Below are positions 38,266-48,231 of a DNA stretch of 64,000 nucleotides, in pieces. Below the pieces are notes generated by a model, which did not search any database, was not told where the DNA came from, and saw only the letters and a list, made by a program, of their open reading frames with translations. Location of the stretch: IMG/VR virus record IMGVR_UViG_3300001528_000425, positions 96,001 to 160,000 of that record, one strand, 5' to 3'. This DNA is from a virus. Taxonomy: Duplodnaviria > Caudoviricetes. A program made the translations under genes and the position numbers. Position 1 is the first letter of the stretch. Every line of letters starts with the position of its first letter.

Positions 38266-39585
38266 TTAGAACAACTGACGTTGTTTTTGAACAACCGGGC
38301 ATTCATCGGTATAATACCAGAAGTACCCGTCGATCTCTTCCCCATCAGGGAAGACTTGCTTGAGCTGATCGATGGTGACAGTGCTGTCAAGGGGTTTCAC
38401 ACAAACGCGATAGACTCCTTGCTTGATCAGTACATACCCGACCGCAACCTTCGCGAACTTTCCATTGATCGCAACAATATCGATTGTATATCGAATTGCG
38501 TCGTAGATACCCGGAAGATAAGGATGATTCATTGCCAAGGCGTGGATACCAGTGGGACCGAACTCAGTGAGATAACTCAACGATCTGAGCGCGATGGTAT
38601 CGTTCTTCGCCGCACATTGCCGAATGATAGCGTTCGTTGATTTGAACGCTTCGAGTTCCTGATAAGGAATCAGCACGTCCTTCAATGCAGGAGGATCTGT
38701 CTTCTTCGGCATAGTGAAAACTTGCGTGTCTGCTGTCCACCCGGCAGCGCCAGCATGCCCACCCCCGTTATACGCTAATGCGATATCGATCACAGGCTTC
38801 TCTTCCGTTGTGGCATATACCGAATACCGATATTTCCCAACATCAGAAGTCCAGGCATACATCATCAATCCGTCGTAGATGGACCGATCTTCAACACTGT
38901 CGAAGAACCAACTCACGGATTGTCTGGTGTTGGCTGCAAGGATCTGCTTCCCATTGACTTCAGTCGAGAAGGCCAGATCATGAGCCCATACCTTATCTCG
39001 TCTTACCTGATATTCTTCGATCGGTCTTCCGAGTTGAAGGATGGAACTGAGACGACGACTGCTCGTCGATAACAGGTCCTCCCATATGGCAGCGCCTTGT
39101 TTGGTGTTCGGTCGAGTGTCGAACAGGTCGATGCCGAAGAAGAACGCACGCGTATCCGTTTCGGTGAATTGCCACCGATCGTAATCGTCCACGAGCTTGA
39201 GAGCTCTCGGTACTTCTTTGCCTGGGAAGAAGAAATCCCAGCAAAGCAAAGCGCCACATCTGGAATCATCCCTGATACCCTTGATCTTGTCGAGGATTCC
39301 CATGGTCTTAAGCTCTTCTTCTATCGATTGATAGTTCTGCTTGTGATGATCAAGCCAAGCGATATTGCAGCCACGATCCAGCAACATCTTGAAGTCAGTT
39401 GCTGGAATGCTGAAGTCTGCAATAACAACATTACACCCAGCTTCGATGCGCTCGTACGGAATAGACCTTCCATAATTGGTCAGGATGATGACGACTTTGG
39501 AGTTATCTCCGAATCGCTTCAGGATTACTCCACCAGCCGCCGCTGCATCCATGTCGTTGTGTAAGATTGCGAAGATTGTTTTCAT
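38266..39585 (-). CDS. DHH/DHHA1 family phosphoesterase
   Basis: HNDMD, ADFS, DHH, GGGHAGAAG; AAGGAG SD before ATG at 39585. Confidence 0.88.
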   Translation of the reverse strand: MKTIFAILHNDMDAAAAGGVILKRFGDNSKVVIILTNYGRSIPYERIEAGCNVVIADFSIPATDFKMLLDRGCNIAWLDHHKQNYQSIEEELKTMGILDKIKGIRDDSRCGALLCWDFFFPGKEVPRALKLVDDYDRWQFTETDTRAFFFGIDLFDTRPNTKQGAAIWEDLLSTSSRRLSSILQLGRPIEEYQVRRDKVWAHDLAFSTEVNGKQILAANTRQSVSWFFDSVEDRSIYDGLMMYAWTSDVGKYRYSVYATTEEKPVIDIALAYNGGGHAGAAGWTADTQVFTMPKKTDPPALKDVLIPYQELEAFKSTNAIIRQCAAKNDTIALRSLSYLTEFGPTGIHALAMNHPYLPGIYDAIRYTIDIVAINGKFAKVAVGYVLIKQGVYRVCVKPLDSTVTIDQLKQVFPDGEEIDGYFWYYTDECPVVQKQRQLF

Positions 39586-39665
39586 GATTCGTGTCTCCTT
39601 TATGGGTAAATTGTTGTGAACTAAAATCGTGCACATGGTAGTGCTGTCGTAAGGTAAGTAGATCT

Positions 39666-39682
39666 TCACATAAGTAATATAT
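39666..39682 (-). promoter_or_regulatory. Early promoter ATATATTAC-N5-TGA
   Basis: Consensus match upstream of the DHH gene. Confidence 0.7.
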
Positions 39683-39765
39683 GTGCAAGGACTGATCGAA
39701 TATGCCTTCCGTAGCATGGTCAAATTTCGTACTTAAATATTAACCAGATACAAAGGAAATGCTCG

Positions 39766-41655
39766 ATGGGTCAAGTTGTATATAACAACATTACCTCTCA
39801 GTATCAGTACGTGTATGGATCTGGTTCGAACCAGAAATCCTTACCACTGGTGAGAGTTTCCGATATCCCAGCCAGAGATCGCATCAAAGATCCAACTACT
39901 CCGGTTTACGTGGTAGATGCTTCCAGAGATCCCTCGGTCGGGAAAGGATGGGCTATCTATTACTGGGACGTAGAACTCGAACATTGGGTCAAGATGGCAG
40001 AAGAAGAGTCTATGGACTTGAATCTCCCACCCGAAGCCGAGTTATTCGATGCCGTCACAAAACGACATGTCCACATGAATTTAGACGTTCTCAATCAGTT
40101 CTCTATTTCCATCAACGGAAAGATCGCATGGAAAGATACCGAACTGGTCACTGAGACTGCACCTGACAATATCATCTACGGTTCGCTTGCAGATGTTCAA
40201 GGACGGTACAACGTAGCCAGTGGTTATGCTGTCAACATTACCGCTTATGATGCAGCAACCAACACGATCAAGATCGCTCTTCTCGGCGATCACAGTGAGA
40301 AGTTCGTTCCTGATACGTTCACTGCAGGAACTCCGATCCAGCTCAGACTTGGTAAGTCTGATCAGGAGACGAGTCGTCCTAATGTCGTCAAAGCTGTAAC
40401 CAGTGTGGACCAGGAAGGCGACGGCGAATACGCCTACGTCAAATCGATGACACTGGAACTGCAAGAACCTCTTGGGTATGAAGGAAATAAAACCTTCGAT
40501 CCAACAGAAGAAGGGGAATGTGCAGTTGCGGTTGTTCCTGACAACGATCGAGATGTTGCCTGTTTTATTTCAGGTGAGCACAACTGGGGCGTTGGCTGGA
40601 ACTCATCTACAACCGGACTCGGAAATATCAATGTCGGTGATTACAGTTCTGTGACAGGCGTTGACAACATCTGTACCGGTGAGAACTGTTGCGTTGGAGG
40701 ATGTTCCAATACAGTTACCGGAAGTGAATCTGCTGTCTATGGGGTGAACAACCTCACAGAAGGCCGAAATAACTTCGTGATCGGTGGAAACAATCGCTGT
40801 ACTTACTCGTTCATCGGCAAGGAAGCTGTTACACCCACATATGCTGACGATTGCATGATCGCCGGTATGGGTAACGAATCCACCGTGATCGGAGCCAGGA
40901 TCTTCGGGTTCCAGAACCGTGTCTACGGCTATATGGGAGCCACTTTCGGTTACAATAATGAAATTACTGTTACCGGTAAGTATGCTCTTGCACTGGGTTC
41001 GTTTCTGACGATCGCAGCTCCTGGCGCCATTGCATTTGGTCGTGGTGGAGATATTCCGGAATTCGAAGGAACCTTAGATTATTCTTCCTATGCTGCTGGT
41101 GATAAATCTGGCATCCACTACAAAGAGGCAGTTGTCTTCTGTGGCGGATTAGGCGGTAAAACACAAGCTGAGAGCAAGCAAATCGTTGCCGCTTACACGA
41201 AATATCGGTGGGTCAAGAACCCTGCCTACCCCTGGGGAACTGGAGCAGCGATAGAGGCCCTTCGTAAAGATACGAAGGAAGATCCGTATCTCATGGAACC
41301 CCATGATCTGTTCCGTGTATTCGGTTCACTCCGAATCGAAGGCACTGTCCAGGCTAAGGTTAAATACACTGAAGTTGCGCAGGATGCTCCGGAACTGGAT
41401 TATGAAACGAACAATCGATTCAAACTCCATATCGTGGATAATACCGGCAACACTTCGGTTTATCTGACCAACTGGGAAGACGGATGTGAAGGGGAACTCA
41501 TCGTGTATAACGGCGGTACGATCTTCTCTATTCCGGACAATTGGAATGTGATCGGCGAAATCCCTGCATTGCAAGGGAATGGCTACGATGTGTTCGAGAT
41601 CAGACAGATCGATACTGATGTCTTCATCCGTCACAAATTCGCAAAATCAAATTAA
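39766..41655 (+). CDS. Tail fibre/spike protein with YadA-like (GxxN) beta-helix repeats
   Basis: Repeated GxxN motifs; N-terminal module shared with 43204. Confidence 0.7.
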   Translation: MGQVVYNNITSQYQYVYGSGSNQKSLPLVRVSDIPARDRIKDPTTPVYVVDASRDPSVGKGWAIYYWDVELEHWVKMAEEESMDLNLPPEAELFDAVTKRHVHMNLDVLNQFSISINGKIAWKDTELVTETAPDNIIYGSLADVQGRYNVASGYAVNITAYDAATNTIKIALLGDHSEKFVPDTFTAGTPIQLRLGKSDQETSRPNVVKAVTSVDQEGDGEYAYVKSMTLELQEPLGYEGNKTFDPTEEGECAVAVVPDNDRDVACFISGEHNWGVGWNSSTTGLGNINVGDYSSVTGVDNICTGENCCVGGCSNTVTGSESAVYGVNNLTEGRNNFVIGGNNRCTYSFIGKEAVTPTYADDCMIAGMGNESTVIGARIFGFQNRVYGYMGATFGYNNEITVTGKYALALGSFLTIAAPGAIAFGRGGDIPEFEGTLDYSSYAAGDKSGIHYKEAVVFCGGLGGKTQAESKQIVAAYTKYRWVKNPAYPWGTGAAIEALRKDTKEDPYLMEPHDLFRVFGSLRIEGTVQAKVKYTEVAQDAPELDYETNNRFKLHIVDNTGNTSVYLTNWEDGCEGELIVYNGGTIFSIPDNWNVIGEIPALQGNGYDVFEIRQIDTDVFIRHKFAKSN

Positions 41656-41667
41656 AGGAGACTTGCA

Positions 41668-42228
41668 ATGTCAAGATTTGTATTTCGCAAGATTGAGACA
41701 GGAGAAGAACTTCCTTACAGTACTGTCTCGATCACACGCACCATCATGGTACCACAGAAAGTCAAAAGTCCTCTCTGGGATAGTGAAGGAAATCGGTTAT
41801 CCAAAGCTCAGCTTGCTGAGTTGGGTCTGGTGGCTGTGGAGTATCCGGATCAATCCCAAGAGTGGAAAGAATGGAAGAGCTTCACCAGTATGTATGAGGC
41901 ATTCCCTGAAGCGATCGGACGTGTTGAGAAGTATCGTGATCTGATGAATCAGCTCGATATTCCTTACAGCGCTACAACCGATCAGATCGAAGCAGCTGTC
42001 CGCGAGAAGATCTCCGATCGTACAGCACAAGAAGAGATGATCGCTCGCATCAATGCTGCAATGCTTGACGTCAAAGTCAATTATCAGGCGTGGGCTATCG
42101 CTTCTGGTTTGGAGGCTTATGTCGGGAATGATTTCACGACTTGGCTCCACATGCCGATTCTGATCAAATATCTTCCATCCAGTAAACCTGTTGAACCGGA
42201 GTATCGCCAACCGATCGAACTGGATTAA
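41668..42228 (+). CDS. Tail-fibre-associated protein or chaperone
   Basis: Follows the fibre gene; LAELGLVAV motif. Confidence 0.5.
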   Translation: MSRFVFRKIETGEELPYSTVSITRTIMVPQKVKSPLWDSEGNRLSKAQLAELGLVAVEYPDQSQEWKEWKSFTSMYEAFPEAIGRVEKYRDLMNQLDIPYSATTDQIEAAVREKISDRTAQEEMIARINAAMLDVKVNYQAWAIASGLEAYVGNDFTTWLHMPILIKYLPSSKPVEPEYRQPIELD

Positions 42229-42241
42229 CCAGGAGGTTAGT

Positions 42242-43030
42242 ATGCTGATATTTTCCACGAAGAACTCAATTCCTTTTACACCATCAGAAGTTGTTCTAAC
42301 CAGGAAACTGATTGAATGTTATGTCAATTACGATCCCAAAGGTGGAGCTTTTCTGAGAGCATTGAATCTGAATGATTACATGCTCAAATGGAGTACTTGG
42401 ATGCGAGATGAATCGGATGGTGTTATGGGCTCCTGGAGTCCAGCCAAACCATTCGAGTTAAACCTTGTGGCTCCAATAGAGTCGCTCGGTATAACCTACA
42501 AACCTCCGATGATAGATACCAGAGTACTGGATCATCTGGTCACCGTATTTCCTACCTTACTTCATGAGTTTAATCATGCGTTTCAATTCATGCCGCACAA
42601 GTCATTTGAACAGATGATGGAAGAGGCTGGAGGAACGGTATTGGAAGGACAACGGATGACGAAGACAGATAAAGTTCTCGTCTGTACTTTGTCGATCTTC
42701 CGTATGGTTCAAGGGGTATTCAACCGATTCTTCACGTTATTCTTGGATCACAACAAGTATACGGAGAAATTCACGATCGAGTTCGATAGTCGAATCAATA
42801 CCGATCAGAGGGAACCGGTGAATACCTTCTCCGAAAAACTTGGTGGAGCTATCGCAGGAAGGAGTTTCCTTCATCGACTGGCACTGGGTTCTCAATCCAC
42901 TCCTCCGTGTTCGGAAGAAGAGTATAAATCGCAGGAACAAGAACAGATCAGAATGTATGGTGACAAGATTTGGAACTATGCTGGAATACTGTTTGGAACT
43001 GTGATTGAGTTGAACAAAATGGCAGAATAA
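42242..43030 (+). CDS. Putative zincin metallopeptidase
   Basis: HEFNH and downstream E; AGGAGG SD. Confidence 0.55.
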   Translation: MLIFSTKNSIPFTPSEVVLTRKLIECYVNYDPKGGAFLRALNLNDYMLKWSTWMRDESDGVMGSWSPAKPFELNLVAPIESLGITYKPPMIDTRVLDHLVTVFPTLLHEFNHAFQFMPHKSFEQMMEEAGGTVLEGQRMTKTDKVLVCTLSIFRMVQGVFNRFFTLFLDHNKYTEKFTIEFDSRINTDQREPVNTFSEKLGGAIAGRSFLHRLALGSQSTPPCSEEEYKSQEQEQIRMYGDKIWNYAGILFGTVIELNKMAE

Positions 43031-43034
43031 CATC

Positions 43035-43072
43035 AGCATCAGGTAGATAGGATATCCTATCTACCTGATGCT
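43035..43072 (+). terminator. Palindromic terminator
   Basis: 38-nt perfect palindrome. Confidence 0.75.
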
Positions 43073-43203
43073 TCCTTTACACTCATTGCTACCCGAAAAT
43101 CGACCATATTATGCGTTGAAATAGCTCATCGTACATATTTTCACTAAGAGGTTGTACGCCATTTCAATCAGCATTATTCACCGGAACAAACAAGGAACCA
43201 ATT

Positions 43204-44331
43204 ATGGCAGCAAGACTTGTTTACAACGGTACGACATCGAACTTCCAATATATCATCGACAATGGCTCTGGTGGTAGTTCGGGAGGGAATGTCAAAATCG
43301 TTGCAACGATCGCAGACCGCGATGCGATCGTACGCCCAAGCGGTCTCGTTTGGGTTATCGACGCCACGGCTGATCCAACGGTCGATCGTGGCGGTGCCAT
43401 TTACGGATGGGAAACTACCAGCAGTAAATGGATCAAATTGGCTGAGGAAGAGTCACTGGATATCGCGCTGAATCTTAACTGGAGCGATATCACTGGAAGA
43501 CCGAGTGCCTCCCCGGCCAACATCGACGATGCTGTGATCAAGAAACATGAACACGCTAACAAGGCTGCACTTGACAGCATCACTACGGCGAGTGTTCACA
43601 CTCACCCCAATAAGACGTTGCTCGATTCGATCACCGCTGACAATGGATACTACCACAAACACAGTAATCTGGCTGCGCTCGAAACTTTCACCGCGGAAGA
43701 GATCGCCAGACTTCGTGGTATCACTGCTAATCAGATCCTGAATTTCCACAAGCATGTGAACATGTCAGCGCTCAACCGTCTCGGAATTTCTGCCAACAGT
43801 GAACTTACGATCGATGGAATTCCGATTCAAGCAGGCGGAGCATCGGCAGGCATCCGTTACGCCTCTTATGAATTCACGAAAACAGCAGAGCTCGATGAAT
43901 ACAAGTTCAACCTCGAAGCGCTCAAGCTTAAGAAGGGGATGGAAGTAAGCATCTGGGAACGTACTGCAGACGGCACTGAATATACAGAACCGGACCACTT
44001 GTACAGCGATACCGAACTCATCGTCGATATGACAGGTTTCACCGCTGGTACCTACGTGCTCACCTACATGGTGATCGATGAGGACAACACAAGTGCTCAA
44101 CTTGGAGAGAAGCCGTTCACGCTGAGTTCAGGACAGTCTTCCGTCACATTCACTCAGGAGCAACTCGGAGTAACTGGAAAGATCGATCCTTCTGTTTGGC
44201 AAGTTCTGAACGGGGAGGAACATGCAGTCAAGGCGGATGTCAGTTATGACAATTCGTCGGTTCTGACTCTCGGACTTTCGAAGTTCCCTACCGGTAATTA
44301 CATCTTGCGTTACATCAAGATCGTAAGCTGA
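43204..44331 (+). CDS. Tail fibre protein with HxHxN repeats
   Basis: HEHAN/HTHPN/HKHSN/HKHVN repeats; DATADPTV...WIKLAEEES module. Confidence 0.7.
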   Translation: MAARLVYNGTTSNFQYIIDNGSGGSSGGNVKIVATIADRDAIVRPSGLVWVIDATADPTVDRGGAIYGWETTSSKWIKLAEEESLDIALNLNWSDITGRPSASPANIDDAVIKKHEHANKAALDSITTASVHTHPNKTLLDSITADNGYYHKHSNLAALETFTAEEIARLRGITANQILNFHKHVNMSALNRLGISANSELTIDGIPIQAGGASAGIRYASYEFTKTAELDEYKFNLEALKLKKGMEVSIWERTADGTEYTEPDHLYSDTELIVDMTGFTAGTYVLTYMVIDEDNTSAQLGEKPFTLSSGQSSVTFTQEQLGVTGKIDPSVWQVLNGEEHAVKADVSYDNSSVLTLGLSKFPTGNYILRYIKIVS

Positions 44332-44353
44332 CAACTGAAGGAGGTCCGTCAGA

Positions 44354-45289
44354 ATGAAACATACAGGTTATCAGCTGGGAGATGGTACCGACATAGTTGA
44401 AAAGATCAAAGGCAAAGCAAGTAAGGAAGAGCTCAATGGAGCTATTTCAAGAACGACGGTCTTTACGAACCCGGAGGGAGTTGATCCTTCTGCCGGTATC
44501 GTGAATGGATTTGGAGGGTTGACTGCAGGTACTGTTGTGAACAACATGCCGTTGGTTGATCTTTTGTCCATGGCCATGTTCCCTTATCAACCGCCTCGGA
44601 TCACTTCGTTTGCGTCGGCCCAAGTTCCAGCCTCCCTGGAATGTGGAGCCACTCTCAATCCGACGAGTGGTGATCTCACATTCACCTGGAGTTATGCCAA
44701 CATAGGCAACATCGAAGATGATACCCCAGTGATCCTCAAAGACAAAACGGCCAATACCGAACTCTGGCGTGGCACGAAAGCCAACACCACATGTACGGTG
44801 CCGTTCGGAGCAATCACCAAGAACGCTGTGGGTAATCAACAGTTCGAACTCAGCACAGTTGACAAGAAGGGTTCCACCATCAGTGCACTTATCTCCACGC
44901 TGTGGCAATGGAGATATTACTGGACTGTGGACGAAAACGATGGAGCTGTTCCGACCCCGGAACAAATCGCTGATGGTTCGTATATCGATTCTGATACGTT
45001 GAAGACGTTCTCGTCGAAACTCAACGCCCAGAATGGTACGCAGATCGTCATGCAGATCCCGGTCGGCTCTCGTCGTATTCTGATCGCCTATCCTTCCAAT
45101 CTGCGCGATGTGACTTCGATTGCATCGAAGGCTCAGAATGGAGCGGATATGAAACAGGTTTTCGTTAAAGGTGTGACCGGATCGGTCATCGAAGGTGCAA
45201 CTCCAGACGCCAAGAACGCCTACAAGGTGTACGTTTACCAGACTTTGGCTCCTTATCCGTCAGCGGATACTTACACAGTAACGATTTAA
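44354..45289 (+). CDS. Virion or tail-associated beta-rich protein
   Basis: Fibre operon context; FPYQPP, IAYP, YKVY patterns. Confidence 0.6.
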   Translation: MKHTGYQLGDGTDIVEKIKGKASKEELNGAISRTTVFTNPEGVDPSAGIVNGFGGLTAGTVVNNMPLVDLLSMAMFPYQPPRITSFASAQVPASLECGATLNPTSGDLTFTWSYANIGNIEDDTPVILKDKTANTELWRGTKANTTCTVPFGAITKNAVGNQQFELSTVDKKGSTISALISTLWQWRYYWTVDENDGAVPTPEQIADGSYIDSDTLKTFSSKLNAQNGTQIVMQIPVGSRRILIAYPSNLRDVTSIASKAQNGADMKQVFVKGVTGSVIEGATPDAKNAYKVYVYQTLAPYPSADTYTVTI

Positions 45290-45305
45290 GGTAAGGAGAT
45301 AAAGA

Positions 45306-45752
45306 ATGAGTAAATATGCATCGCAACCACTTGGGTTCGCACGGTTGGACAACCAACCTTTGGAATCCAATGTCAACTTTCCCGTTACAGATGGGAAATC
45401 GGGTTACCAGGCAGCTTCTGAGTACGTGGGATCAGATCCCACGTCCTACCCCGGCCAGATACTGGCGGCGGAACATGCCGACCACACATGGGCTCTGTAC
45501 ATGGTTACCGGAGCCAAACTCCTCCAACGAGTACTTACCGTAGCAGTTGCTTCGTTCACGAACGAAAGCTTGACGGCAGGTATTCTGTACGTTTCCGGAG
45601 AGCGTCCTCCTATCGGAGTGCAATCTCAGGAGACTGGAAAGTACTTCGCGGTGTCTCCATTGGAACTGGTTAAATCCGGTGACAATGCGGGTCTTTATAA
45701 ACTGGACTTTGGAAATTACAGTTTTGAAGGTAAATGGGACATCATCTGGTAA
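45306..45752 (+). CDS. Tail-fibre-associated protein
   Basis: C-terminal domain paralogous to that of 45801 (LDFGNYSFEGKW vs LNFGNFEFTGEW). Confidence 0.6.
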   Translation: MSKYASQPLGFARLDNQPLESNVNFPVTDGKSGYQAASEYVGSDPTSYPGQILAAEHADHTWALYMVTGAKLLQRVLTVAVASFTNESLTAGILYVSGERPPIGVQSQETGKYFAVSPLELVKSGDNAGLYKLDFGNYSFEGKWDIIW

Positions 45753-45800
45753 TGAACCAGACCCAGTAGTCACTTCATCATACAGAAGGAAAGAAGACAA

Positions 45801-47390
45801 ATGAATTGTTTCTTGCTTCGTGCAGAAATGCTCCAATCGGATGCTACCATCCAAATCACTCAATCGACCGCTGGTCTTGTCAACTTCGCTGTCGGTGCCA
45901 TCGGCATCGAGAAGGTGACCAATCTGCAAAGCTCGCTGACCACGATCACCAACCGTATCGACGGTCTGGAACAGGGTTCGATTGACCTTGGCGATTACCA
46001 GGCTACTGCCGGTATCAAGATGACGGCCCAAGAGAAGGTTGAACTCTTCGGTACCGCGTTCGAATACAACGGCAAGACTGTTGTCGTCAGCGATGATATC
46101 ACTGACGTTCTCCGTACCACGGATAAGGACGTTGCCAACGGCGTTGCCGGTCTGACCGCCCAGCTCAAGCTGAAACCGGAACAGATCCCGTTCGACACCA
46201 ACACCATGGAACTCAAGAACGGTGTGATCACGGTCAAGACCGTTCCGATCGTCAACAACCACGTGGCTTCTGAAGTCACTGATGGTGTTCCGGTTCTCGG
46301 TGAAGGCGATGCTGTGGAAGTTGGCGACCTGCTTGCGATCGCTCCGGAAGCGACCAGCAACGCCGGTTCGGTCTACTACCGTTACCAGGAAACCGACGGC
46401 ACTCTGGCCGCCGACTATATCAATCTGAGTTACACGTTCAACCCGAACATGGACTCCATGACTCAGGGTACCAACAACAAGTTCCTGAGTGCCGCCGAAT
46501 ACAACGTTGTGTCGAAATTCTCTCTCGATGAGAACGCTGACGGCGTTAAGTTCGATGGTCAGCTCCTGCTCAGCGGTTCGCTGCTGGATTCCACGGTCTT
46601 CGCCAAGAATGGCAGCGTCTGGGGTCTCGCCGATGGTGGTGTTGCGTTCGCGAAACTGGTTCAGACTGGTGCTGTGCCGGCCGGCTGGACGATCGCTGCT
46701 TCGCAGGTCACCGGTCTCGATGTTGGCGTGAAATCGGTTGCGTTCCAGCTTAACGGATCGGCTGCTCCGAGCGATCTGGCTGAAGTTACCACCGAAGCCG
46801 GTGCTGTAACGATCAACCTGAAGCTGAGCAATGACTTCGATATCACCACGAATACCGAATTCGGCGTCGCGATCAATGCCGGTACCGGAGTTGGTCAGTT
46901 CCTGAAGTTCGCGACTGCAGCTACGCTGCCGGCGTTGAATGGTGCGGCTCTGACTGGTCTGAATGCCAGCAACCTGGCTTCCGGAACCGTTCCGGCTGGC
47001 CGACTGCCTGCGGCTGGTGCCACTGCGGCCACCAAGGGTGCCGTCTACACTGAAGCTGGCAGCGGTGTCGCTATCGCGGCTGACGGTAAGGTTACCGCCG
47101 ATACCAATGTGGTGGCGACCAAGGCTTCTGTTGACGAGCTGGCGACTAAGGTCACCGATCTGACCCAGGCTCCGATCCCGTTCAACGCGAGCTCCGAGAA
47201 CCTGGCCGAAGGCGTGCTGACGATCTCCGCTAAGCGGTTCCCGACCGGTATCAGCAAAACCGATTACACCAACTATCAGCCGGTGGCTCCGTCCGTTGTG
47301 GGCGCCCCGAATGAAGATGGCGTGATGGAGTTCAAGCTGAACTTCGGCAACTTCGAATTCACCGGCGAGTGGCAAGTCCTGTTCTTCTAA
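45801..47390 (+). CDS. Tail fibre protein
   Basis: ANGVAGL, LTGLNASNLASGTV, ATAATKG fibre motifs; strongly biased codon usage. Confidence 0.7.
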   Translation: MNCFLLRAEMLQSDATIQITQSTAGLVNFAVGAIGIEKVTNLQSSLTTITNRIDGLEQGSIDLGDYQATAGIKMTAQEKVELFGTAFEYNGKTVVVSDDITDVLRTTDKDVANGVAGLTAQLKLKPEQIPFDTNTMELKNGVITVKTVPIVNNHVASEVTDGVPVLGEGDAVEVGDLLAIAPEATSNAGSVYYRYQETDGTLAADYINLSYTFNPNMDSMTQGTNNKFLSAAEYNVVSKFSLDENADGVKFDGQLLLSGSLLDSTVFAKNGSVWGLADGGVAFAKLVQTGAVPAGWTIAASQVTGLDVGVKSVAFQLNGSAAPSDLAEVTTEAGAVTINLKLSNDFDITTNTEFGVAINAGTGVGQFLKFATAATLPALNGAALTGLNASNLASGTVPAGRLPAAGATAATKGAVYTEAGSGVAIAADGKVTADTNVVATKASVDELATKVTDLTQAPIPFNASSENLAEGVLTISAKRFPTGISKTDYTNYQPVAPSVVGAPNEDGVMEFKLNFGNFEFTGEWQVLFF

Positions 47391-47479
47391 CGAACAGCTT
47401 ATCACTCGGTGAGGTAGGGGGGGGGGGCGGTTGCCCCCTCCTCATCTATCCTTTTGTACTCTTACAAAGAAGGACTAGT

Positions 47480-48231
47480 ATGCAGAGTATGATCTTAACA
47501 GGCAGCATGCTGGCCTCGACTCCTCTTTCTCTCGTACAAGACGGAGATAGAGTGAAATTGGCATGGACTGGTGGAAAGATCGCATCTTTTACTCTCCAGC
47601 ATCAACAGGAGATACGGTTCATACCGTTCCTGTCAACTTCGATACAGATGCGATCATCGTAGATGTATCTCTTTGGAAACGAATACAAGACAGCGAATCA
47701 TCCGCTGTTCAATATATCAAAACAAGTCCAGATATCACCATCGGCGACACGGCTGTAACGATCGATATGACTGGATTTCCTGTAGGTGAATATCTGGTAC
47801 GTGTTGTCGTTGACAATTTGTCACTGGAAGATGCCACGAAACATATCGTTCCGATCGTAGATCCCATCGTGGATCAGCAAGTCGTTGATCCAGATTACGG
47901 ATATTGTCGCTACCTCGATGATCTATATCCAATTATGAATTTCGCTCAACGATTTAAAAACGTTGAGAAGATCGTGTTGGATGTGGTGAGCGGGACCTCA
48001 ACGGTATCCGGAAACATATGTATCATCCCTATCGTAAATGGAGTGGACAGAGAGCCAGTTATTGTACCTGTAACAGGTACCTTGACCAGCATACAGCTTT
48101 CTATTTCATTCGATTTTGGGACTTTGTCGTTAAAACGAGATACTGAGAACTCTTTGGACACATTGAAAGGTGATACCACGATAACCGCGATCGTTCTTGG
48201 TGTCACATTGGAGACGAGCTATCATGCGTGA
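47480..48231 (+). pseudogene. Fibre adaptor protein, cassette A, with a 1-nt frameshift near 47603
   Basis: The two frames together align with the intact paralogue 50414-51136 (FTLQH-x-TGDTVH vs FDLHHTASDTVH). Confidence 0.7.

Noticed and set aside
45432-47405. Long antisense ORFs (also 15879-17513, 17948-19408, 36813-38198, 58788-59798)
   Set aside because: Shadow frames of strongly codon-biased genes on the opposite strand; no SD or motifs.
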